Made by a program: the position numbers and the translations under genes. A stretch of 63,100 nucleotides of DNA from Thermodesulfobacteriota bacterium (GTDB lineage Bacteria; Desulfobacterota; Desulfobacteria; Desulfobacterales; C00003060): assembly GCA_034189385.1 (NCBI GenBank), contig JAXHVD010000025.1:1-63100 (forward strand). The letters run 5' to 3'. Every line of letters starts with the position of its first letter. The first letter of the stretch is position 1. This document shows, one piece after another, positions 20,856-28,218 of this stretch. A model generated the notes under the pieces. It ran no database searches. It saw only the letters and a list, made by a program, of their open reading frames with translations, and was not told the origin of the DNA.

Positions 20856-21058
20856 AGTAACGTTTAAAAGTGTTGACGTAGTGGATTCCTGGACAACCAA
20901 CCTCAAGATAGGGATAATCGCTTCTCTTCGGCATCCAATGCCTTTAGGTAGCCTATGCCATTTGTGTAGATAGCAATGGCTGTATGCCGGCGTTCAGCGA
21001 TCATCCCTGTCTCTCTAACTGCTTGCTAAGGCCTTTACCTCAACTTTTGAACGTTACC
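20856..21058 (+). mobile_element. ~200-bp IS1-like MITE (family C), copy 1
   Basis: Terminal inverted repeats AGTAACGTTTAAAAG...CTTTTGAACGTTACC, flanked by the 8-bp direct repeat AACTTTTT; inverted homologue at 33130-33332. Confidence 0.75.
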
Positions 21059-21179
21059 AACTTTTTGGAGTACGTGGCTGTTGTGAGCAGTCCGCCCCGG
21101 CGGATGAAAAAGCGTATCATGGTCGCTTGAAGTTTATGCAAAGCGCTCGCGGGAAAATTAGGAAAGGAGAAAGAGGCTT

Positions 21180-22244
21180 TTGACAAGACATATGCTCAAG
21201 CTGGCAGGGCTGATCTACCTTTTGACGGCTGTGGGGTGTGTTGCCACCCGCACCCAGGTGCAAATGCCTCCCCAGAGAGCCGAGGACATAGAATTTGAGG
21301 TCATGAAAGAACTGGAACAGTTCAGGGGCAAGGTCAGGAGGGATTTGCGGGTCACTGCCGGCGGCTTTCGTGACAAGACCGGGCAGCACAAGGATTCGGT
21401 GAGAGCCCGCTATTCCAAGGCCGTGACCCAGGGTGGCGAAGAGTTGCTGTACCATATGCTTTACAGGGCCTTGGGACCAAGGGCAGTGGTGGACCGCCAA
21501 GTCGATACGTGGAACCGCTTGACGACGGAGTATCAATACAGCTGGGTGTCGCCGGCGGCAAAAAAACGGCACGCTGGTATCATCAAGCACGGCGGTCCCA
21601 GTGGCTGGCTCGTAGGGGCCAACTACTTGGTCACCGGGGCTGTGGTCTATTTTAATGAAGACCGTTATAGCGGCGGCGGCGGCATCAATGTGGACGGGGC
21701 CGGAGCACACTTTAGAAAGGTCTTTTCCCGCGTAGCCATTGAATTGCGGTTAGTGGATATGAACACGTCGGAAATTTGTTGGAGTGCCATGGTAGAGAGC
21801 TGGGTTTCTGGAACGGAGATCGGCATGGATCTGTTCCGTTTCATCACCGCCTGGGGGGATGAATACCTTGTGAGCGCAGAGGCGGGAAGGGCCCAGTATT
21901 TGCCGACGGACCACGCCCTTCAGGTCTGCATGGCAACTGCAGTGGTTGACATGATCAAGGAGAACCAAGCCCTCTTTATCGCCGGATATGGGGCTGGCAA
22001 AGAAAAGAGAATACCATCGACAAACCAGCCAAAGGAGCTCCACCAAAAGGAAAAGGGCGTGGAGGAAGCACGCCCCCTCCCACCGAACCCCGAAACGGCG
22101 GAGGGGCAGAGACCAAGAGGCAAAAACCAAGAGCCCAGCAACCCACAGAAGGCCGTTGAGGAGAGCGGGGCCAAAGAGCCTGAACAGAGGCAGACCCAGA
22201 AGCCCCATTGGCTCAAGCGGCCTGGGGCAGTGGGGGGGTGGTGA
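21180..22244 (+). CDS. CsgG/HfaB-family outer-membrane secretion lipoprotein with a low-complexity C-terminal tail
   Basis: Lipobox LTAVGC; FRDKTGQHK...YSKAVTQGG, ANYLVTGAVVYF...SGGGG and IELRLVDMNTSEI match CsgG family motifs. Confidence 0.8.
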   Translation: MTRHMLKLAGLIYLLTAVGCVATRTQVQMPPQRAEDIEFEVMKELEQFRGKVRRDLRVTAGGFRDKTGQHKDSVRARYSKAVTQGGEELLYHMLYRALGPRAVVDRQVDTWNRLTTEYQYSWVSPAAKKRHAGIIKHGGPSGWLVGANYLVTGAVVYFNEDRYSGGGGINVDGAGAHFRKVFSRVAIELRLVDMNTSEICWSAMVESWVSGTEIGMDLFRFITAWGDEYLVSAEAGRAQYLPTDHALQVCMATAVVDMIKENQALFIAGYGAGKEKRIPSTNQPKELHQKEKGVEEARPLPPNPETAEGQRPRGKNQEPSNPQKAVEESGAKEPEQRQTQKPHWLKRPGAVGGW

Positions 22245-22412
22245 ACAAGGGGCCAGCGGACATCAACCCCTCAAAAACCCTTTATCTCCAGCATCTTCTG
22301 CCTATTCTAAGGACACCCTCAAGGCTTTGGGCCATATGCGGTGTCCATGACCAGCCCAAAGCACAACATTTGCTAATTTAACGTAAATTATATTTAATTT
22401 AACATTATTTCG

Positions 22413-22440
22413 TTGACAAGTTCCCATTTAGTGGTATCTT
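22413..22440 (+). promoter_or_regulatory. Putative sigma70 promoter for 22588-23322
   Basis: TTGACA-16 nt-TATCTT with an extended -10 TG, preceded by an AT-rich tract. Confidence 0.55.
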
Positions 22441-22587
22441 AACGGTAACTGGGCTCAACCTGTGCACTGGGGTCGTCAGCAAGAGGGCGGCCCTAGGGGC
22501 GCTGTCGCGCCTTTGTGGCGACGGCAAAAAGAGCAGACAAAGGAGATGGATAGAGGCGTGAACTTTCTACTTCGCTGGGAGGATAAG

Positions 22588-23322
22588 ATGAAACAGGTGC
22601 GCGTGATGTGCTTTCTGTTTATGCTGATCTCTGCGTTTTTCTTATTGGTCCCTCATGGCACGTATGCCTTTGATGTGAATACCACCGTGACCAATGAAGG
22701 AAATCTGTCTGTTGACATGAGCGTCAAGGGGGCAAGTGCCCCAGATGGGGCTATTTCCCGGTTGGATCGCTACCGCTTTGAGCTTGACGGCCGCGACGGG
22801 ACAACGGCTCTCACCAACACCTATACACCGGAAACAGGACAAACCGGTGCCAGTATCGGTTATGTGGCAGACCCAGACTATGTATTGATGAGCGGAAAGC
22901 TTTCTGCGGACGAAGAGATAGGGGTCAACCATTCTAATTCAGATGTCTGTTGTGCCGGAGCAGCCAGCAGTTCTTTTGAAGTGGAAGAGCTGGTCTCTGA
23001 TTCTACGGGCAATTTCAATAACAGCAGCTATACCATCGAGGCCTCAGGTCGAACGGCAGATCTGGGAGGGTCATTCGGCGTTGGTGTGGCCGAAAACATG
23101 ACTACCCCGAACCCGGCTGTCTATGAACGGAACATCTACCAACTCAAGGGAGAAGGCGTGTTCAGCATCTCCGGCCAGTATGGTTTTGGCTGCGGAGATG
23201 TCGGTGCTGTTGCGCCCAACCCGTTTGCCGGCGTGGGCAGCACGATCAATGCCCACGGGCAGGGCACGGGGGGCGTGGATAGCGACATCGGCATTCACGG
23301 CCTCTGCTTTGATCAATTCTAG
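22588..23322 (+). CDS. Exported beta-rich protein, paralogue 1 of the putative sheath-like subunit
   Basis: GGAGG RBS before ATG 22588; signal peptide MKQVRVMCFLFMLISAFFLLVPHGTYA; acidic and G/S/T-rich; shares motif order with 23954-24835. Confidence 0.75.
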   Translation: MKQVRVMCFLFMLISAFFLLVPHGTYAFDVNTTVTNEGNLSVDMSVKGASAPDGAISRLDRYRFELDGRDGTTALTNTYTPETGQTGASIGYVADPDYVLMSGKLSADEEIGVNHSNSDVCCAGAASSSFEVEELVSDSTGNFNNSSYTIEASGRTADLGGSFGVGVAENMTTPNPAVYERNIYQLKGEGVFSISGQYGFGCGDVGAVAPNPFAGVGSTINAHGQGTGGVDSDIGIHGLCFDQF

Positions 23323-23542
23323 GCAGCTTGAAATTTGGTTGGGGGGTGCAGGGCGGCAGGCCCGTTGATGGACGTGAAGGAACCCAAGGGGCCGGTGCAA
23401 ATACTTATGGGGCTTGCGCTGAGATTCACAAAAGGCGACCCCATTTGTTAGTACTTTAATATTATTAGATAATTTGGGCTATGTCTGAGTCAAGAGCCAA
23501 AGGTTCTCAGAGGAGACTTTCCAGGCGGAGGCCAAAAAAGGG

Positions 23543-23768
23543 TTGACGGAATTTTTGGCCTATGATACGTGAAAACGCTAACTTACAAGGACGCAGAGGA
23601 GCCTTGTTTTTTGAAAAAAATAGTTGACAAGGTCTCTTCGCCTATGTATTAGCCTTTCTATTCTAAAGAAAATGCTTGACAAGGTTTCGGGGGCTGATTA
23701 TTTATCCCGATCTAACAGGACCTGTCGGGCAAAAAATCGTTGACAAAGCATCTGTGTATATGTATTAG
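23543..23768 (+). promoter_or_regulatory. Four tandem sigma70-like promoter motifs upstream of 23954
   Basis: TTGACG at 23543 and TTGACA at 23624, 23676 and 23740, each preceded by an A-tract. Two are followed at 17 nt by TG-TATTAG and one by TATTTA. Confidence 0.65.
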
Positions 23769-23953
23769 CGCATTGGTCGTGTAGAAAATTTGGGTAGAGA
23801 ATTTGGTTTTAAAATTTTTGACGAAAAGGGGGTGGTGAGCGGAGATCCAGCAAAGAGACCTTAGATTTGGGTCAGGTAAGTGTCTTAGGTAGTATGTAAC
23901 TTTTAACTAAATTTGGGTTAGACTTTTAAAAACGAAAAAGTGGAGGTAAGATC

Positions 23954-24835
23954 ATGCTTTCAAAGATGCGGATTGCGGCTATTGCAGCCATAGTAGTGAT
24001 GGGTTTTGTCGGATATGCCTTGGCAAGTCCCCCCGTTCCGCCCCCGGTAGAGGGTTTTGGAATCAGCACGAATGTGGACGTGGAGATGTCGTCAGGCGAT
24101 TTTACAGAAGTTGAGTCTTTTCAGTGGACATGGATGAACGATCCCGACGCCGTGGCAGGTAACGATGCTGACAGCAATTTGCACGGGCAAATGGTGCTTG
24201 GTCCCCAGGGCCGTGCGGCTGAGATCCGTTACACCGAGGAGATGCAGACCACAGATACGTCCTTTTTTCAGTTCAACAAGGACTTTGGCGCTGCTTCCGC
24301 TGGTGCTGACACAGCAGGTAACAACCTGAACGTATCAAAGAATTACGGGTATGTGGCTTCAGAAGCCAGCCTGATCGCCAATGCCTCAAACAAGGAAACA
24401 GTGGGCCTGAGCATCGTGGCTAACGGCGACAGCAGGGGCCTGAATGACATGCCGTCTCTGTGCCCCTGGGTGGCTGACTCGACTATCCCTGCAACGAATG
24501 AGTTTATCGCCATGGGAAGCGAGACCTCTACGACGAGCGTGATGGTCTCTGACACCGACACAGAGGCGCGGGCAACTGTAGCGCCTGAGCTGAACCACAG
24601 CATCCTAGCCCAAGGTATCGGTGTGGCCAAGGGCCTCATGAGACTCTCCTTGATGGAAGGTGACGCAGCCTACGATCCAGAAAATGACGAGGATCCACCT
24701 AACCTGATCAGCAAGACCAGGTACAGCGAGACGACCGTTGCTGCCGGTACCATCGACAAGTTCAGCAAGGGTATGAAGTATACTTCAACTCTGCCTGCAT
24801 GGCAGATGCCAGAGCCCTGGTACCAGCTTCAGTAA
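23954..24835 (+). CDS. Exported beta-rich protein, putative major subunit resembling the Methanospirillum-type sheath (amyloid-like) protein
   Basis: GGAGG RBS; signal peptide ending ALA; PPVPPPVEGFGIST N-terminus, central LCPW, C-terminal RYSETTVAAGTIDKFSKGMKYTS. The family resemblance is from recalled motifs, not from a search. Confidence 0.65.
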   Translation: MLSKMRIAAIAAIVVMGFVGYALASPPVPPPVEGFGISTNVDVEMSSGDFTEVESFQWTWMNDPDAVAGNDADSNLHGQMVLGPQGRAAEIRYTEEMQTTDTSFFQFNKDFGAASAGADTAGNNLNVSKNYGYVASEASLIANASNKETVGLSIVANGDSRGLNDMPSLCPWVADSTIPATNEFIAMGSETSTTSVMVSDTDTEARATVAPELNHSILAQGIGVAKGLMRLSLMEGDAAYDPENDEDPPNLISKTRYSETTVAAGTIDKFSKGMKYTSTLPAWQMPEPWYQLQ

Positions 24836-24866
24836 GAGGCTGACAGGCTCTATTTGATGTCCATCT

Positions 24867-24902
24867 AAAAGGGGGCGGAAATTATTTCCGCCCCCTTTTT
24901 TT
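24867..24902 (+). terminator. Intrinsic terminator after the putative major subunit
   Basis: AAAAGGGGGCGGAAA-TTA-TTTCCGCCCCC-TTTTTTT: perfect GC-rich stem followed by a U-tract. Confidence 0.9.
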
Positions 24903-24920
24903 CCCTGTAAGGAACAAATC

Positions 24921-25619
24921 ATGGCAACATTAAAGTCCATTGTTGCGCTTTGTGTGGTGGCCTTTTTGTGTTTTTCCGGCGGCTCTGCCCTTGCACAGGA
25001 TGAGGCCATGTGGCCCAGGCCGGCCCAGGACCTGTGGGAGACAGTGAACGCGGAATTTGTGGGCCCTTTTAATCTGGACCGCGACTATACGTACGAGTAC
25101 ACGGTGCCCGAGTCACTGGTAGAAACGTACACCCATTCCCTTGACGCCTCGGCCACAGACGGAAAGACCAGGATATTTGACGTCATGAGTGTGGTTGGTT
25201 CGTCGCAGGGGAGCCATTTTTGGACCTCTACGAATATGGGACATGACGATTTGGACACGGCAGCCCCCCTTAGTGCCAGCGAAAGGACGGCGGCCGGCAG
25301 ATGCCAGGTCTTTGACTATGACACCAGGGCGGGCTGCGGCGCCATCATGAACTCCGGTTTTGACGCAGACATCATGCGCGGGGCCGTTCATTCCAATACC
25401 TCCATGGAGCCAGGGTCCATGGGCTATCGTTTTTCGGCCAATGGAGAGGCCCAGGTCTCAGCCACGGCTGCCGCGGCCACGGCTTGTGGCGATAATGAAG
25501 GGATCTACAGCGAACAAGACTATCGCCAGAACATAACGGTGGCCGGCGACATCCAAAAGTTTGACTACATGGTGGATTTCTACGGCCAGCCCAACATGTT
25601 GTGCGGCACCTGGGATTAG
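24921..25619 (+). CDS. Exported beta-rich protein, paralogue 3 of the putative sheath-like subunit
   Basis: Signal peptide ending ALA; C-terminal QDYRQNITVAGDIQKFDYMVDF aligns by eye with TRYSETTVAAGTIDKFSKGMKY of 23954-24835. Confidence 0.75.
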   Translation: MATLKSIVALCVVAFLCFSGGSALAQDEAMWPRPAQDLWETVNAEFVGPFNLDRDYTYEYTVPESLVETYTHSLDASATDGKTRIFDVMSVVGSSQGSHFWTSTNMGHDDLDTAAPLSASERTAAGRCQVFDYDTRAGCGAIMNSGFDADIMRGAVHSNTSMEPGSMGYRFSANGEAQVSATAAAATACGDNEGIYSEQDYRQNITVAGDIQKFDYMVDFYGQPNMLCGTWD

Positions 25620-26198
25620 AAAGGGGTGCGCCAAACCTTCCATTGATGACGGGGCTTCCATGGAGGGTTGTCTCAGTTTTTCGTCTGGTTCCATGGTAGG
25701 CCTTTCTTTATTCCTTCTGTAGGTCCAGAGACTTTCCTCTCGTCTGAGAAACCTGTTCCCTCTGATTTTGGAAAAGGTGCTTAGGCGATCCTTGCCACAG
25801 GGTGACCATCACAGGCTATCACAGTCAACATCCTCATTCCCCTTGTAAGGGGTGTTCTTGTCTACTTTCTGGCCCTTATCCTGTTCAGGCAGCTTTCTGA
25901 ATAGTCCCATGAGGGAAGGGGTTACATCCCCCGATGGGTCAGCGCCTCCATCAGACAGATGTCCTTTCTTGCAGCCCTCCTGTTCATGGTTCATCCATTG
26001 CAGACACAGTCGTTGACGTAGATTATCCAGAGGATGAACAGCTTGGTTCTCTTTTCAAGCCCTTTGGGATCAAATCTGATTTGCCGACGGGCGCGCGGTT
26101 CTCACAGGGCCGTTGCCAAATCAAGCTCTTTATCCCCTTGACAGTCCCATGGAGCTGTTATTATGATACGGTCCTCAAATCAACTACTACCGGTGGCT

Positions 26199-26633
26199 AT
26201 GATGATGAAAGGGTCGATTCTATCATTTGCATTTTGGGTTCTATGTGCTTTCTTTGTTTGCACTGCTGGAGCCTCCGAATACGTGGAGCCGGACATGGAT
26301 TCAGAGCCCCAGGAGTTGACCGAGGAAGGTGCTGAAGCAGAAGATGACGACGATGAAGAGGCAGAGCCTGAACCAAGGCGAACCAGTCCCGGGCCGGTTG
26401 TTCCCCTTGATGTAAAATATGAGCTGGATAGGCAGCTCGAGGACACAGGGCTGGTGTTTTCGCCCTATGATCCAGGAGAAGTCCGGCCGTCGGACGGCCA
26501 GTACAGCACCTTTCCTCGGCCGGGGACCCCTTTTTTCTTTGTGGAAGATGAAGGAGGGGAAGACAAAGGAGATGACGAAGAAGATGACGGAGAAGATGAC
26601 GGAGAAAAGGAAGATGCACAAAGCGTTGATTAG
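26199..26633 (+). CDS. Exported, highly acidic low-complexity protein
   Basis: Signal-peptide-like MKGSILSFAFWVLCAFFVCTAGA followed by D/E-rich tracts flanking a short core; putative TTGACA promoter at 26138. Confidence 0.7.
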   Translation: MMMKGSILSFAFWVLCAFFVCTAGASEYVEPDMDSEPQELTEEGAEAEDDDDEEAEPEPRRTSPGPVVPLDVKYELDRQLEDTGLVFSPYDPGEVRPSDGQYSTFPRPGTPFFFVEDEGGEDKGDDEEDDGEDDGEKEDAQSVD

Positions 26634-26991
26634 CCTCATGGGCCTCTTTTTGCTCCTTTTAGGGCTGTGCCTGCCTGTTGGGGCGGAAGACTTAGTCTGG
26701 CAGCCCCGCACGCCTGCCGGCGGCGCTGGTATCGGAGACCCGGACTTCTACTTTCGCATGGCCGATGCCGCCAAGGAAGGCTCCGGAGGTCAGCAGATGA
26801 CCCAGACCTTTGACGGCCGTCTGTTGGGACGTGGTTTTTATGAAGTAAGCGATGATGGACAGGTGATCTATTATGATATGATGGGAAACAAGATGGACGT
26901 GGATCGTGTGGGGGCCATCCAGGATGACCCGGACAACCCCCCAAATGGAGTGGTCTATTATTCTGCGCCCATCCAGGTGATCACATATTAA
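26614..26991 (+). CDS. CsgF-like exported protein (start MHKALIS)
   Basis: Signal peptide followed by EDLVWQPRTPAGGAGIGDPDFYFRMADAAKE, matching the spacing of the CsgF mature N-terminus (L-V-aromatic-x-P-x-x-P-x-GG...A-x-A); 125 aa. Confidence 0.55.
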   Translation: MHKALISLMGLFLLLLGLCLPVGAEDLVWQPRTPAGGAGIGDPDFYFRMADAAKEGSGGQQMTQTFDGRLLGRGFYEVSDDGQVIYYDMMGNKMDVDRVGAIQDDPDNPPNGVVYYSAPIQVITY

Positions 26992-27082
26992 CAGCAAAAC
27001 AGCAGCATCGGTCGAAAATGGCCTCTCTTAGATAAGGGCCAGGAGAAAAAGGAAAGACCTCGCAAGAAAGGAAGGCTTTGTT

Positions 27083-27655
27083 TTGAAAAGATACCTGCCG
27101 TGGCCTATCTTGGTTTTTCTCTTAGTGGCGGCAACATCGTCATCCTATGGACAGGATGGTGCTTTCAACTTTTCTGGTCCCTGGGGCAATAGCGCCACGG
27201 GCTCAGGTGAGATCTTCTCCGATTTTGGCATGGACTATGGGGTGGACACCCTGTCTCGTCTCATGGACTTTGACGCAAGCCTGAGCCATTCTCTAGATCC
27301 TAATGATTTCTTTGACCGCTTTTTGCAGCCGACCGTCACGGAAGACCAGGAAGAAAAAGGCCTGCTATCCCCCTTTCATATCCTTGAAACGGAAAAAGAG
27401 ATGTCCTTCAAGGCGGAGCTGCTTTCAGGGACGGGACTCGGTGAGGTGGCTATTTCCTCCGACGGTGAGGTCTTGACCATCCAAGCGGAGAAGACGGAGA
27501 TGAAGGAAGCATCAGGGGACGATTACAGCCAAGGGGAGTGGACCCGTGAATCCTTTACCAGGATCACACCGCTGCCAGGAGAGGTGCAGGACAAGGAGCT
27601 GGTCACCACCTATGAGGACGGTGTTCTAACGGTGACCTTTCCAAAAAGCCAGTAA
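27083..27655 (+). CDS. Hsp20/alpha-crystallin domain protein with an N-terminal signal peptide
   Basis: C-terminal ILETEKEMSFKAEL...GEVLTIQAEK...SFTRITPLP...YEDGVLTVTFPK is an alpha-crystallin domain; N-terminus MKRYLPWPILVFLLVAATSSSYG resembles a Sec signal. Confidence 0.8.
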   Translation: MKRYLPWPILVFLLVAATSSSYGQDGAFNFSGPWGNSATGSGEIFSDFGMDYGVDTLSRLMDFDASLSHSLDPNDFFDRFLQPTVTEDQEEKGLLSPFHILETEKEMSFKAELLSGTGLGEVAISSDGEVLTIQAEKTEMKEASGDDYSQGEWTRESFTRITPLPGEVQDKELVTTYEDGVLTVTFPKSQ

Positions 27656-27690
27656 CAAGATTATAAGTCCCAGGAGATAGGAGAGCGCAA

Positions 27691-28218
27691 ATGGAGCAGG
27701 TGCTCCTATTGAATGCCACCTTTGAGCCGTTGAAGGTGATCGACTGGAAGAGGGCCATAAGACTGCTCACATTGGGAAAGGTGGAGGTGCTGGAGGAATA
27801 CGACCGGGAAATCCGGTCCGTAACCTTTGCCGTCAAACTCCCGTCTGTGCTTCGCCTCCTCAGGTTCGTTCGGTACCGGAAAAGGGATATCAAGTTTTCT
27901 AGACTCAATATCTATGCTCGAGATGGGTTTCGGTGCCAGTACTGTGGGCAGAAGTTTGAATCTCAGGACCTGACCTTTGACCACGTCGTACCAAAGAGAT
28001 ACGGCGGCAAAACGGAATGGACCAACATCGTGACGTCCTGCTACAGATGTAACAGGACCAAGGGTGGGGGCTCGCTGAAAGAGGCCGGTTTCAAGCTCCT
28101 GAGAAAGCCTAAGAAGCCGGACTGGGTGCCTTTCATCATGATTACCATCGGTGTCAGGAGTGTCCCTGATTCTTGGCGCGATTACCTGTACTGGAATGTG
28201 GAGTTGGAAGAGACGTAG
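27691..28218 (+). CDS. HNH endonuclease (McrA-like family)
   Basis: VLLLNATFEPL, RDGFRCQYCG, LTFDHVVP..YGG, WTNIVTSCYRCN..KG. Confidence 0.92.
   Translation: MEQVLLLNATFEPLKVIDWKRAIRLLTLGKVEVLEEYDREIRSVTFAVKLPSVLRLLRFVRYRKRDIKFSRLNIYARDGFRCQYCGQKFESQDLTFDHVVPKRYGGKTEWTNIVTSCYRCNRTKGGGSLKEAGFKLLRKPKKPDWVPFIMITIGVRSVPDSWRDYLYWNVELEET

Noticed and set aside
20785..20973. Small ORFs at 20785, 33170, 5112, 11478 and 37598 that resemble one another
   Set aside because: They are translations of the MITE copies, not a protein family.
22462..22587. Longer N-terminus for the first exported paralogue, as given in the ORF track
   Set aside because: ATG 22588 has a GGAGG RBS and yields a clean signal peptide; the upstream extension looks non-coding.
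21180..27655. Canonical curli (csgBAC/csgDEFG) or Caulobacter holdfast-anchor locus
   Set aside because: No curlin-repeat proteins, CsgD, or recognisable CsgE/CsgC or HfaA/HfaD; the candidate cargo proteins are acidic and non-repetitive.
20554..28218. Integrase-mobilised island or prophage at tRNA-Gln
   Set aside because: No integrase or phage genes, and I found no duplicated tRNA 3' end.
27691..28218. HNH nuclease as a functional part of the secretion system or a defence system
   Set aside because: It belongs to a widespread stand-alone cytoplasmic HNH family, has no signal peptide, and has no methylase or other defence partner nearby.
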